DNA of 59,547 nucleotides, filler included, from 4 parts of 4 records of this genome joined end to end with filler, not necessarily neighbours in it, one strand, 5' to 3'. Numbered from the whole stretch's first letter, positions 38,250 through 49,100 are shown. The notes: generated by a model not told the origin, from the sequence alone. Numbers and translations are program-made.

Positions 38250-38533
38250 AGATCACCTTAGTCTGCTGTCGCCGTCCAAATTGCGCCCTGAAGCAGGGTT
38301 ACAATTGGCGCTTGTAGAAGAGTCATCGGCTGGGCGAGAGCCGCGTTTCAGTTTGTCTGCGATAAGTCCAGTCGTCAATGCATCGCTTTTGCGAATTACT
38401 CCAATTATTCACGATCTGAGGGCGGTAAGGCAATAGCCTAACTCAGGAAATGTACCCCCAGGAAGAAGCATAAGCGAAAATACTTCCCCCTAAGGCTAGC
38501 CAAGCCCCCAAAACACACCTCAAAATCGCATTG

Positions 38534-39550
38534 CTATCGTTTTCGTGTCCATTCTTCGCTGTAGAACCTCCGATCAGCATGCTCAACGAGCGCTTCCTCC
38601 CAACTCCAGTCTGGGCCAACATCCCCCCCGGCAAGCGAAGTGACCAGGTTTTCTGGTGGCTGGCTGGCTGCGTGATTGGCTGGCGGTAGCAGAGGAGCCT
38701 GATCTTCTGGATTGACCTCACTCAGTACCAAACCATGCGTCTGCTCGATACTTGTTGCCAAATACTTAGCAAAAGCAGTGCGATCTTCGTCATCGAAAGA
38801 CACGCCTGTCAGCTCGGCAACTCCCGGCAACTCGTTCGCAAATCGGCTTTGAGCCAGCAGCAAACTCCCGTGCTGCAACACGGCTCCTCGGCCTCGTCGC
38901 TGAGCACTGCCCATGATTTTCTGCGGCAATGCTGTTGAAACGTCGCGCCTAGAGCAAATCACGTCGCCCTCACTTCTTCTAAGGAAGCAGAGGAAGGGCT
39001 CTTTCGATCTCTTCGATTCAGATGGCTTGGCCCCGTCGAGTTGACCAGCGGGTTCATCTCGATACTTCGATGCTTCGACATCCGCTGCCGCTAGCCAAGC
39101 GACAACTGCATCGTGCAGCGTGTTGTAAAGGACTTGACTTGGACCGATCGCGACTGCCGGAGCCCCCGTGGTGCCGCCGCAGCACAGCGCCCCGGAAGAA
39201 TTGCTAGACGCAGACGCATCCTCGGCTGTATCTTCAGTGGTTGGCTGACTGGCAGCCGGCCGCTGCACGAGCGCTTTGTCGGGAACGGCAATCGAATACG
39301 TCCAATCGTGATCGTGAACGATCGCACCACCACCCGTTGCCCGCCGCACGACGGCCGGCGCTTCAGAACAGGAGTGCGCTTCGTAGTCCGATACAGTTTG
39401 AAAGTATCCAAGCGAAACAGTCGGTTCAGCCCATTGATAGACCCGCAAAATGGGCTTTCGCAACTGAGCGGCTAGTTCCAACATGGCCCCGTCAAAGGCC
39501 ATGTTTTCGCTGCCACCACGGGCTTTATCGATTAAGAGGAAACCGTCCAT
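38534..39550 (-). CDS. Lipoate-protein ligase A / LipM-like octanoyltransferase
   Basis: NMA.D, SLGYFQ, RRATGGGAIVHD, KIMGSAQRR and LQHGS; follows gcvPB. Confidence 0.88.
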   Translation of the reverse strand: MDGFLLIDKARGGSENMAFDGAMLELAAQLRKPILRVYQWAEPTVSLGYFQTVSDYEAHSCSEAPAVVRRATGGGAIVHDHDWTYSIAVPDKALVQRPAASQPTTEDTAEDASASSNSSGALCCGGTTGAPAVAIGPSQVLYNTLHDAVVAWLAAADVEASKYRDEPAGQLDGAKPSESKRSKEPFLCFLRRSEGDVICSRRDVSTALPQKIMGSAQRRGRGAVLQHGSLLLAQSRFANELPGVAELTGVSFDDEDRTAFAKYLATSIEQTHGLVLSEVNPEDQAPLLPPANHAASQPPENLVTSLAGGDVGPDWSWEEALVEHADRRFYSEEWTRKR

Positions 39551-40989
39551 CGCATCACTGGCTTTCTGGCGGCACGCACTTCGTCAGGTCGGCTAACATG
39601 CGTGGAAACCGGGGCTTGATGCAAAACATCTTCGCTCTCATCTACGATTGCCTTGATGGCATCTACAAAGGCGTCTAGAGTCTCTTTGCTCTCGGTTTCC
39701 GTCGGTTCAATCATGACCGCCTCAGGAACCGTGAGAGGAAAATAGACCGTGGGAGCGTGGAATCCATAGTCGAGCAGTCGCTTGGCCAGGTCCATGGCGG
39801 TGACGCCCTTCTGCTTCTTCAATTGGCTAGCCGAGGCAACGAACTCGTGCATGCACCGCTGACCGTGCGGCACTTCCAGTACATCCTTCAATCTTGCAAG
39901 CAAATAATTCGCATTCAAGACAGCATTCTCGCTCACCGCCGGTAACCCATCTCCGCCGTAGGCCAAGATATAGCAGTACGCTCGAACGAGCACTCCAATG
40001 TTGCCATTGAAGCTGCGAACTCGACCGATCGACTTGGGATAGTCGCTGTTGAGCACAAACTGGTCGCCGGAACGCTCGACCCGCGGCACAGGCAAAAAGG
40101 GCTCCAGGAACTCTTGAACGCAGATCGGGCCAGCCCCAGGTCCTCCGCCACCATGCGGTCCGCTGAACGTCTTGTGGGGATTGTAGTGCATCATGTCCGC
40201 ACCAAAATCTCCCGGACGCGACTTGCCAAGGATCGCGTTCATGTTGGCACCGTCGAGATAAATCAATCCGCCAGCCTCATGAACTGCGGCGGCGATCTCC
40301 TCAATCCCCTGTTCGAACAATCCAAGCGTGCTGGGATTGGTGATCATGAACACAGCGGTCTTGCTGTCGATCTTGCTGCGTAGGTCATCCAAATCCACGC
40401 TACCATCATCGCGGGAGCGAATGGTGATCGCGTTGAATCCAACCATCTTGGCACTAGCGGGATTGGTACCATGAGCCGAGTCGGGAACCAGAACATTCTT
40501 CCGCTCGTGCTCCCCACGATCTTCGAAGTATGCCGCTGCGGCCATGAGCGCGGTCAACTCTCCATGGGCACCGGCGGCAGGCTGCAAGCTGACTGCTGGT
40601 AGTCCAGAGATTTCCGCAAAGAAGCCTTGTACTTCGTACAGCAAGCGAAGCAATCCTTGCACGCTTTCATCGGACTGCAGCGGATGACAATCCACTATCC
40701 CCGGCAGACTGGCCAGCCGCTCATTCCGCTTCGGGTTGTACTTCATTGTACAAGAACCCAGCGGGTAAAAATGAGTGTCGACGGACATGTTGAGAGTTGA
40801 GAGGTTGGTGAAGTGGCGAACCACGTCCCCTTCGCTCAACTCAGGCAATGGCAAAGGCTCCGAACGCACAGTTTCGCTTGAGTAGCCCGTCAGGTCACTC
40901 GCCGGGACGTCCAGCTCGGGCAACACGTTGGCACGGCGACCGGGCTTGGCTAGTTCAAAGAGAAGTTGAGTCGCTTGTTGGTTACGCAT
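39532..40989 (-). CDS. gcvPB: Glycine dehydrogenase (decarboxylating) subunit 2
   Basis: YPLGSCTMKYNP, QPAAGAHGE, PDSAHGTNPAS and HKTFSGPHGGGGPG (PLP lysine). Start at MRNQQ. Confidence 0.96.
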   Translation of the reverse strand: MRNQQATQLLFELAKPGRRANVLPELDVPASDLTGYSSETVRSEPLPLPELSEGDVVRHFTNLSTLNMSVDTHFYPLGSCTMKYNPKRNERLASLPGIVDCHPLQSDESVQGLLRLLYEVQGFFAEISGLPAVSLQPAAGAHGELTALMAAAAYFEDRGEHERKNVLVPDSAHGTNPASAKMVGFNAITIRSRDDGSVDLDDLRSKIDSKTAVFMITNPSTLGLFEQGIEEIAAAVHEAGGLIYLDGANMNAILGKSRPGDFGADMMHYNPHKTFSGPHGGGGPGAGPICVQEFLEPFLPVPRVERSGDQFVLNSDYPKSIGRVRSFNGNIGVLVRAYCYILAYGGDGLPAVSENAVLNANYLLARLKDVLEVPHGQRCMHEFVASASQLKKQKGVTAMDLAKRLLDYGFHAPTVYFPLTVPEAVMIEPTETESKETLDAFVDAIKAIVDESEDVLHQAPVSTHVSRPDEVRAARKPVMRWTVSS

Positions 40990-42352
40990 GGGCAGGCTCC
41001 TTTCCGGCAGGCAGTTCACTAAGTAGCTGCACGAGCGAGTCGAGCTGCTGGCGAGTTCGTTTTTCGGTTACGGCGATCATGATGCAATCCGACAGATCGT
41101 TGTAGTGGTCTCCGATCGCAAGCCCCGCGTGAACGCGTTGTTCTAAGGCTGCTTTCAAGATACCGCCCACATCGCCGGCACGGTCGCGAATCACGAACTC
41201 TCGCCAAGTGGGCGATTCGAACGCGACCTCGAACCTGTCAAGCTTCGAAAGTTCGTCTTTGAGGTAGTTGGCTTTGTGGGCACAGTGGGTCGCCGTTTCG
41301 CGAAGCCCCTCGGGTCCTTGCAAGGCGAGATAAATCGCAGCTCGCAACGCGAACAACCCTTGATTGGTGCAAATGTTGCTCGTCGCCTTGTCACGACGAA
41401 TGTGCTGTTCGCGTGTTTGCAGCGTCAAAACCCAACAGCGGGTCCCCTGCTTGTCTTCTGTCTGCCCCGCAATACGCCCCGGCATTCGCCGCACAAACGC
41501 TTCTCGACACGCCATGACACCCAAGTAGGGACCGCCGTATTGAAGTGGGTTTCCAAGCGGCTGCCCTTCGCCGACAACAATATCGGCACCCCAAGCTGCG
41601 GGCGACTCGAGCAGTCCAAGTGAAATCAGATCAACCACACCAACAACCACCGCGCCAACGGCGGAAGCCGCTTGAGCGAGCGGTGCAAGTGGCTGTACAC
41701 AACCGAAATAATTTGGTTGGCTCAGGACTACACAACCTGTTTCGTCATCGATGGCTGCTTCCCACTCGGCCTGTGGCACAATTCCGTCGGGGCAGTCAAC
41801 TTCAACCAGCTCAAACTCAGTCCAGCGAAGATACGTCTTCAGGACCTCTCGGTACTCAGGGTGCAAACAGGTTGGCACAACCACGCGACTGGCCTTAGGA
41901 CGCGACGCCATCGCAAGCAAAACTGCTTCGATGGTTGCGCTCGCCCCGTCGTACAAGCTCGCATTGCTGACGTCCATTCCAGTCAATTGGCAAATGAGCG
42001 TCTCGTACTCGAACATCACCTGAAGATTGCCTTGGCTAACCTCAGGCTGATATGGCGTGTAAGAAGTGTAGTACTCACCTCGACTGGCCAGATGATCAAC
42101 GACCGCAGGAATGAAGTGGTCGTATGCACCTCCACCGAGAAAACAGACACTTGAATCGGCACCAAGATTTTGGGACGCCAGCGAGCTCATCCGTTGGGTC
42201 AATTCCAACTCGCTCATCGCGGGCGGAATATCAAGCTCGCCTTTGAAGCGTGCTGTGGGCGGAATCTGCTCGAACAGTTCATCGACACTGCCGGCACCAA
42301 TTGCCTGCAGCATCGCTGCAACATCATCTGGCGTATTGAATAAATAGGCCAC
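40982..42352 (-). CDS. gcvPA: Glycine dehydrogenase (decarboxylating) subunit 1
   Basis: FLGGGAYDH, YTPYQPEVSQG, NASLYDG and REQHIRRDKATSNICTNQ. Confidence 0.96.
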   Translation of the reverse strand: MAYLFNTPDDVAAMLQAIGAGSVDELFEQIPPTARFKGELDIPPAMSELELTQRMSSLASQNLGADSSVCFLGGGAYDHFIPAVVDHLASRGEYYTSYTPYQPEVSQGNLQVMFEYETLICQLTGMDVSNASLYDGASATIEAVLLAMASRPKASRVVVPTCLHPEYREVLKTYLRWTEFELVEVDCPDGIVPQAEWEAAIDDETGCVVLSQPNYFGCVQPLAPLAQAASAVGAVVVGVVDLISLGLLESPAAWGADIVVGEGQPLGNPLQYGGPYLGVMACREAFVRRMPGRIAGQTEDKQGTRCWVLTLQTREQHIRRDKATSNICTNQGLFALRAAIYLALQGPEGLRETATHCAHKANYLKDELSKLDRFEVAFESPTWREFVIRDRAGDVGGILKAALEQRVHAGLAIGDHYNDLSDCIMIAVTEKRTRQQLDSLVQLLSELPAGKEPAHA

Positions 42353-42619
42353 TTATTCCTCCCAAATAAAACACGCGAGACGCAACAGCTTGCGAGCACG
42401 CTCGTGAAGGTAAAATTCATTTGTAAAAGATCAAGTCCGCTGCCTCTCAACGTGCAGAGGACAACGCGGCGACGGATCGACCAATCGCCCATTTTGTCAG
42501 TTTGCTTGCTACCCGTGGCTGGCCACCAATAGCGAAGCGGTCGATTCTACAGGTCACAAACTTGCGAGAAGCGGGAACTCTCCTCAAGCGAGAGCGAGCT
42601 GTCGGCTACCAGCAGAATG

Positions 42620-43027
42620 TTAGGAGTCTGCACACTGCTTCTTATAGGATTCGTGGTCCAGCAGCGAATCCAAGCTGGCTCCATCGGCTGGTTTGACTTT
42701 CACAATCCACCCTTCGCCGAACGGATCTTGCCCTAGTTTTTCAAGGTCGTCGACCAACTCCGAGTGCACCGCCACGACCTCGCCAGAGATCGGACTGTAT
42801 AGGGGGCTAACCGCCTTTACCGATTCGACTTCACCGAATTCTTCACCAGCGGTAACCGTCGCGCCGACGTCTGGGAGAGCCATGTAGACCAGGTCCGTCA
42901 ATTGCTCGAGCGCGAAATCGGTAATACCAACCACGGCCACCTGCTGACCGCCCTCGTCGACCATCCCAACCCATTCATGGGAAGCGTTGTATTTTAGTTC
43001 TTCAGGATTCATTCCGGTGTTCTCCAT
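42620..43027 (-). CDS. gcvH: Glycine cleavage system H protein
   Basis: HEW, GITDFA, lipoyl-lysine motif ESVKAVS and GEGW. Confidence 0.96.
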   Translation of the reverse strand: MENTGMNPEELKYNASHEWVGMVDEGGQQVAVVGITDFALEQLTDLVYMALPDVGATVTAGEEFGEVESVKAVSPLYSPISGEVVAVHSELVDDLEKLGQDPFGEGWIVKVKPADGASLDSLLDHESYKKQCADS

Positions 43028-43059
43028 GAAAAGTAGTGCTTAAGCGAATGTGGAGCTTG

Positions 43060-44265
43060 CTACGGCTGGCGACTGTAAAACGGCAAGTCGACAATTGTAG
43101 CTTCGATACGAGTTCCGCGGACATCAACGTCCAAGGACTGCCCAGCCACAGCCATCGCTGGCGGCAAATAGGCCATCGCGATCGGATGCCCCAGAGTGGG
43201 TGAGTACGTGCCGCTCGTCACACTGCCCACGGCTCGATTGTCTCGATCAATCAGCTTCGCATCGGTCCGGGCCGCACGCTTGCCAGATAGTTGTAGTCCG
43301 ACGCGCCGCGGTAGCTCGTCCGCGGTAGCTCGCTTTCGCGATAGCGCTTCGCTACCAATAAAGTTACGATCTTTCAGATTGACGGCAAACTTCAACCCGG
43401 CAGTGATGGGATCGATCGACTCGCTTAGTTCATTTCCGTACAGCGGCATTGCCGCTTCTAACCGAAGCGTATCACGCGCACCCAGGCCAACCGGTGCAAT
43501 ACCATGCTCGCGCCCGGCCAGCATGACATTCTCCCAAACGCGAGGCGCATCTTCACTTCGCACAATCAGCTCAAAGCCATCTTCACCCGTGTAACCAGTG
43601 CGACTAACCACGCACGGCTTGCTCATCTGGTCTGTGACCATCGCCTTGTAATAACCAAGTCGACTGGGCTTGTTATCGAAAAGCCTATCGACAATGTCAG
43701 CAGACTTTGGCCCCTGGACAGCGATCATTGCCGTCATGTCGGTCACATCGTTGCAGGCGACGTCGGGATAGTCGGCCAAGTGAGGCACTAGCCAGTTGAC
43801 GATTTTTTCGCGATTGGACGCATTCACAACCAGCAGGAAATACTGCCTACCGCTGGGCGTCTCCAGATTCGAAACCAGCACGTCATCCAAAATGCCGCCT
43901 TCCTCATTGCACATCAAACTATACCGAACCATTCCAACCTTCATGTCAGTAACACGTCGGGTCAGTAGGTGGTCGAGCAGTTGGTCGGCACGCGGACCAT
44001 CGAATCTCAGGCGTGCCATGTGGGAAATATCGAACAGCCCAGCCGCAGTTCGCGTTGCTTGGTGTTCGGTAACGATCGAAGAGTACTGGATTGGCATCTT
44101 GTATCCAGCAAACTCGGCAAAACGAGCTCCAGCATTTTCATGCCAGTCGGTTAGAGCTGTTCGGCGCACTTCCGTGGCAGTCGCATCGTGGGCACTGCTG
44201 GACCCTGACTGGGCTCCGGCACTGCCGGCGGAGGAAGTCTGGCTGTCGGCTGGAGACTCGGCCAT
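43060..44265 (-). CDS. gcvT: Glycine cleavage system aminomethyltransferase T
   Basis: FAGY.MP, LFDISHM, GGILDD, SRTGYTGEDGFE and GLGARDTLRLEA. Start reassigned to MAESP. Confidence 0.95.
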   Translation of the reverse strand: MAESPADSQTSSAGSAGAQSGSSSAHDATATEVRRTALTDWHENAGARFAEFAGYKMPIQYSSIVTEHQATRTAAGLFDISHMARLRFDGPRADQLLDHLLTRRVTDMKVGMVRYSLMCNEEGGILDDVLVSNLETPSGRQYFLLVVNASNREKIVNWLVPHLADYPDVACNDVTDMTAMIAVQGPKSADIVDRLFDNKPSRLGYYKAMVTDQMSKPCVVSRTGYTGEDGFELIVRSEDAPRVWENVMLAGREHGIAPVGLGARDTLRLEAAMPLYGNELSESIDPITAGLKFAVNLKDRNFIGSEALSRKRATADELPRRVGLQLSGKRAARTDAKLIDRDNRAVGSVTSGTYSPTLGHPIAMAYLPPAMAVAGQSLDVDVRGTRIEATIVDLPFYSRQP

Positions 44266-44585
44266 GGATTGCACCTTTGTGGATTTGTGGAAGCTGTTCC
44301 TCAACGGGGCCGCAATGGAAGCCGAGCATGATGCACTCAAAGACTTCACAAGCTTGCGAATCCAGGCTGAAACGAACACAAAAGAGTGCTCGAAACCACC
44401 GGAGACCCGCTGTAGGATTGATGCCAATTTGCCAATGATCAGATGAGCGACCCGTGCCGCTCGGCTCGATTGTAACAGCCAGTGATTCATGCGGAAGGCA
44501 GAAAAGAGCTCAAACCCACCAGATTCTCGCGCCTATAATTCTGCTTCAGTGGGGCTGCTTGATGGCTAAATGTCAGCCCTTTTAA

Positions 44586-44621
44586 CCGAAATCAGTGATT
44601 GATTACCCGAAGTCAGTGATT
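44586..44621. repeat. Direct repeat CCGAA(A/G)TCAGTGATT, 21-bp period, at the contig end
   Basis: Copies at 44586-44600 and 44607-44621, running into the spacer. Confidence 0.7.
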
Positions 44622-44721
44622 NNNNNNNNNNNNNNNNNNNNNNNNNNNNNNNNNNNNNNNNNNNNTTAATTAATTAANNNNNNNNNNNNNNNNNNNNNNN
44701 NNNNNNNNNNNNNNNNNNNNN
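44622..44721. other. Artificial contig spacer
   Basis: 44 N + TTAATTAATTAA + 44 N. Confidence 0.99.
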
Positions 44722-45129
44722 GCTTGTGGCTCACAGGTAGTGGGGAAAATTTTTGAATTCAAATTCCAGCCGCTGAGCGCCGAAACCCGTCCGTTTGATG
44801 TCTTTCTACAAGACTTCAGACGAACTCCCTTGATTCCCGTAGTAAAAATACTTCCAGCTTTGTGGCAAAAAGTTTCCAACTTCGGTTGATGTCTATTCGA
44901 TGTTGTCGCAACATCCGCGCGCACGGCATTTTGGAGTAGGTGCGCGAGCCTGAAAAGCACGGATCTGAATTCGTTGAGAGGTGTAGATTTTCGTCTGTGA
45001 GCCCTAAGTGCTGTGAGCCGTAAATGCACGGGGCTCGAATGCTTGCGGCGGACTGAAGGACTTCTAGCCGGCGGATTGGCGACAAACAAAATGGCAAGGA
45101 AGCCTGAGACCAAGTCTGCGCAGGGCTCA

Positions 45130-45165
45130 AAGCGGTCAAGAAAGCGGTCAAGAAAGCGGCCAAAA
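45130..45165. repeat. 12-bp tandem repeat AAAGCGGTCAAG x~3
   Basis: AAAGCGGTCAAG AAAGCGGTCAAG AAAGCGGCCAAA in an apparently intergenic region. Confidence 0.7.
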
Positions 45166-45524
45166 TTACGGTTAAGGAAGCGACGAAAAATGCATGCGCA
45201 CTGGCGGCGGAGAATTTGATTGCGGGAGTGTGTGCTGCTGTCCAATCCGGTCTACGCATAACGGGAAGTGGGCTTGGTACAGCGTGAGAGACTATCCGCA
45301 CAAATGGCGTGATTACTGCGCTTGAAGGTGTAAATTGAGAGCCGGTGGCCTGCGCAATAATGCGGCGCTGCTGTTCGTTCTAGTGTGGACCGGCAATGCG
45401 CCGATGCGCCCCTGTTCGACCAATCCATGCTGAAGTTCCGCGCCGTGACGGGCAAACTGGAATGACGTCCTGGAGAGATTTCAGAAAGAGTTTTGATCCT
45501 TTGACCTAGCTGAATACTACTACT

Positions 45525-48500
45525 ATGAGAAGCATGGTACGCCCCCTTCTGGTCCTTTGTGCACTGAGTGCAACAGCGTTTACGGCTTGTGGAGATGCCA
45601 CAGACAGCGCGGAATTGCCGCCTGGCACACGTCTGTTTACTCTGCTGGACCCCGCCGAAACCGGCCTCGACTTCTTTAATCATTTGCAGGAAACGAAGGA
45701 GATCAACTACGTCTCCTGCCTGAACTGCTATAATGGCGGTGGAGTTGCGGTGGGGGACATCGACAATGATGGCGACCTGGACGCATTTTTTACTGGGCAG
45801 CAGGTGCCGAACAGACTCTACCGCAATATTGGCGACTTCGAGTTTGAAGATATGACCGAGGAAGCCGGAATCGAATGGCCGGGCGGCTGGGCGACCGGTG
45901 TGACGATGGTCGATATTAATCGCGATGGGAATCTGGACATTTACGTGTGCCGCTCGCTGAAGTTTATGGAGCGTGAGGACCGGCGTAACCTGCTGTATAT
46001 CAATAATGGCGATGGAACATTTAGCGAAAGTGCGGCCGAGTATGGTCTGGATGATCCGGGCTATTCCACACATGCAAACTTCTTTGATTATGACCGCGAT
46101 GGCGACCTGGACCTGTACCTGATGGCCAGGCCGAGTGCCGAAGTGCCGCTGACGTATTCGCGTGCCGAGCGTGAGTTTCGCCGTCAGGACCCTGATGTGC
46201 GCGATAAATTATTCCGCAACGACGGCAACAACACATTCACCGATGTTTCGGCTGAAGCCGGAATTGTCAACTACGCCTATGGTTTGAGCTGCACGGTGGC
46301 CGACGTCAATAATGACGGATGGCTGGACATTTATGTGGCGAACGACTTTATCGAAACCGACTTCATGTATGTGAATAACGGTGACGGAACGTTCACGAAC
46401 AAGATTGAAGAGATGTTTGCGCATATCGGCAACTTCTCAATGGGTGCCGACATTTCCGACTTCAACAATGATGGTGAGCTGGATGTTTACGTGGTGGACA
46501 TGGTGGCGGAAGACCACTATCGCAACAAAGTCCTGATGGGCGCGATGGACAGCGAGACATTCTGGATGGCGCTGGATTCGGGCTACCACTATCAGTACAT
46601 GTCGAACATGCTGCAGGTGAACAACGGCAATGGTCGTTTTAGCGAGATTGCGCAGATGGCGGGTGTGTCCAAGACCGACTGGAGCTGGGCGGCGCTGTTT
46701 GGCGACTATGACAACGATGGGCTGAAGGATCTGTTTGTTTCCAACGGCATTTTGCGCGACGTGCGCCACAACGATTACATCCCCGTGCTGCAAAAGGCAT
46801 TTACGGATGCGGAGCGGCGGTTTACGAAGCGCAATTTTGAGCTGCTGCTGGAGTCGCCCTCGACGCGCCTCAAAAATTACGCCTACAAGAATAATGGCGA
46901 CTTCACCTTTACGAAGTCAACCGATGACTGGGGATTTGAGCGCGCCAGTTTCTCCAACGGCGCGGTGTACGCGGACCTGGATAAAGACGGCGATCTGGAC
47001 CTGATTACGAATAATGTGAACGACACGGCCTTTATCTACCGCAATAATGCGCGTCAGCTGAGTAAGAACAATTACATCCGCTACGATCTGCGCGACGCAT
47101 CCGGCTCGCAGGATATTTTTGGTGCGCGTGTGATGCTGGAGTTTGCCGACGGCAGCATGCAGATGCAGGAAAAGACAAATGTGCGTGGATATCTTTCCAC
47201 GCCGGAATTGGTGATGCATTTTGGTTTGGGTCAGGGACCGGCGCCGCAGCGCGCAACGATTATCTGGCCGGACGGCAGGTATCAAGTCCAGGAATCGCCG
47301 CAGATTAATACTGTACATACGGTGCAGCCGGCAGCGGGTGCGGCTAAGTGGAATTACAAGCGTGGGGCTCAGGAGCCTAAGCTGGCACGTGAGGTGGATC
47401 TGGCTGCGCGCGGGATTCAGGCCGTGCATCGTGAGACGCCGTATGACGACTTTAAGGACGAACTACTACTGCCGCACAAGATGTCACAACACGGTCCGGG
47501 AGTGGCTGTGGGTGACGTGGACGGCAATGGCTTGGATGATTTCTATCTGGGCGGGGCTTCTGGTTACCCCGGCACTTTGAAGCTGCAGCAGGCTGGTGGA
47601 CAGTTTGTGGAGCAGGCAGTCCCGGCCTTTGATCGCGATGCCTCATACGAGGATTTGGGTGTTCTGTTCTTTGATGCCGACAGCGATGGTGACCTGGATC
47701 TGTACGTTGTAAGCGGCAGCAATGAGTTTCCGAAAGGCTCAGCGATGTTGGAGGACAGGCTCTACACAAATACTGCCGGCAACTTTACGCGGGCGCGCAA
47801 CGCATTGCCGGGCATTCCGGCTAGTGGCTCCTGCGTGGTAGCGGGCGATTACGACGGCGACGGCGACCTTGATTTGTTTGTAGGCGGGCGCGTAGTTCCA
47901 AGTGAATATCCGCGCCCGGCGCGGTCCTTCCTGCTGCAGAACAACGGCGGCCGTTTCACTGATGTGACCGCGGAGCTTGCACCTGAGCTGATGGAGCCGG
48001 GAATGGTAACTGCAGCGATATGGACTGATTATGACAGCAATGGTGCGCTGGACCTGATTGTAGTCGGCGAATGGATGCCGATCAGCATTTTCAAGAATGT
48101 TAACGGTAACTTTAAGTCAATGGTTGGTCCGATGGCCTGGGAAGAAACCGCCGGCTGGTGGAACAGCATTGTAGCGGCCGACATGGACGATGACGGCGAC
48201 AGCGACTACATACTCGGCAACCTTGGCAAAAATGCCAAGTTCAAGGCGACACCTGAGAAACCAACACACGTTTATTACCACGACTTTGACGCCAATGGAG
48301 CTAATGACATCGTGCTGGCTTATCACAAAGATCCAGACGTGTGTTACCCCGTGCGCGGCCGCGAGTGTTCTTCAGAGCAAATGCCGATGCTGACCGAGAA
48401 GTTTCCGACCTATGACGACTGGGGGCGTGCCACGCTGCAGGAAGTATATGGCGAGGAGATGCTGAGTGAGGCGCTGCACCTGCAGGCTTACTCGATGGCG

Positions 48501-49100
48501 AGCGTGTACATTGAAAACCAGGGGAACGGCAATTTTGAGATTCGCAAACTGCCGATGCGCGCGCAATTTGCGCCGGTGCACGGCGTGAAAGTTTTTGATG
48601 TCAATGCCGATGGGCATCAGGATTTGGTAGCGGTGGGCAACAACTACAACTCCGAGGTTGAGACGATTCGTTATGATGCGTCAGTTGGCCTGGTGATGCT
48701 CGGCGATGGTGCCGGCAACTTTACTGAAGTATCTCCGGCTGTTTCAGGTTTGTTTGTGAGCGGCGATGCCAAGGCCGCCGTGTCGATTGTAGACGGCACG
48801 ACAGGCAAAACCATGATGCTGGTGACGAATAATAATGACGCACCACAGGCCTTTGAGTTCCCGGCCATGGCCCAGACAGCCAGCGAAGTTGAGTTGGGAA
48901 CAACTGAGTATTATGCCATTCTGGAGTTTAAGGACGGCCGCAAGCGCCGCATTGAATTGCCGTATGGTTCTGGGTATCTTTCGGGGTCCAGCCGGCGCCT
49001 ACTGGTGCCGTCGGACGCCACGGTGCTCAAGATTGGAGATTTTTCCGGTGGTGAGCGCAGTCCGGATGCCGCACAGTTGAGCAGCCTGGGGACGAATTAG
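45525..49100 (+). CDS. CRTAC1-family VCBS/FG-GAP repeat lipoprotein with central ASPIC/UnbV domain
   Basis: Lipobox FTAC; many D.D.DG.LD Ca-binding repeats in two propellers; ASPIC/UnbV motif RGYLS...HFGLG...I.WPDG. Confidence 0.9.
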   Translation: MRSMVRPLLVLCALSATAFTACGDATDSAELPPGTRLFTLLDPAETGLDFFNHLQETKEINYVSCLNCYNGGGVAVGDIDNDGDLDAFFTGQQVPNRLYRNIGDFEFEDMTEEAGIEWPGGWATGVTMVDINRDGNLDIYVCRSLKFMEREDRRNLLYINNGDGTFSESAAEYGLDDPGYSTHANFFDYDRDGDLDLYLMARPSAEVPLTYSRAEREFRRQDPDVRDKLFRNDGNNTFTDVSAEAGIVNYAYGLSCTVADVNNDGWLDIYVANDFIETDFMYVNNGDGTFTNKIEEMFAHIGNFSMGADISDFNNDGELDVYVVDMVAEDHYRNKVLMGAMDSETFWMALDSGYHYQYMSNMLQVNNGNGRFSEIAQMAGVSKTDWSWAALFGDYDNDGLKDLFVSNGILRDVRHNDYIPVLQKAFTDAERRFTKRNFELLLESPSTRLKNYAYKNNGDFTFTKSTDDWGFERASFSNGAVYADLDKDGDLDLITNNVNDTAFIYRNNARQLSKNNYIRYDLRDASGSQDIFGARVMLEFADGSMQMQEKTNVRGYLSTPELVMHFGLGQGPAPQRATIIWPDGRYQVQESPQINTVHTVQPAAGAAKWNYKRGAQEPKLAREVDLAARGIQAVHRETPYDDFKDELLLPHKMSQHGPGVAVGDVDGNGLDDFYLGGASGYPGTLKLQQAGGQFVEQAVPAFDRDASYEDLGVLFFDADSDGDLDLYVVSGSNEFPKGSAMLEDRLYTNTAGNFTRARNALPGIPASGSCVVAGDYDGDGDLDLFVGGRVVPSEYPRPARSFLLQNNGGRFTDVTAELAPELMEPGMVTAAIWTDYDSNGALDLIVVGEWMPISIFKNVNGNFKSMVGPMAWEETAGWWNSIVAADMDDDGDSDYILGNLGKNAKFKATPEKPTHVYYHDFDANGANDIVLAYHKDPDVCYPVRGRECSSEQMPMLTEKFPTYDDWGRATLQEVYGEEMLSEALHLQAYSMASVYIENQGNGNFEIRKLPMRAQFAPVHGVKVFDVNADGHQDLVAVGNNYNSEVETIRYDASVGLVMLGDGAGNFTEVSPAVSGLFVSGDAKAAVSIVDGTTGKTMMLVTNNNDAPQAFEFPAMAQTASEVELGTTEYYAILEFKDGRKRRIELPYGSGYLSGSSRRLLVPSDATVLKIGDFSGGERSPDAAQLSSLGTN

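Noticed and set aside
44266..44621. Glycine riboswitch upstream of gcvT
   Set aside because: I found no GGAGA/CCGAAG/CTC(T)CAGG core elements on the minus strand.
45013..45219. Arg/Lys-rich 68-aa ORF as a histone- or protamine-like protein
   Set aside because: The basic run comes from the 12-bp DNA repeat; there is no RBS, and the alternative KAVKKA frame has an upstream stop and no start.
45450..45490. c-di-GMP-I riboswitch (GGGCAAAC) upstream of the CRTAC1 gene
   Set aside because: It lacks the GNRA-capped stem and the downstream GACGCAAA element.
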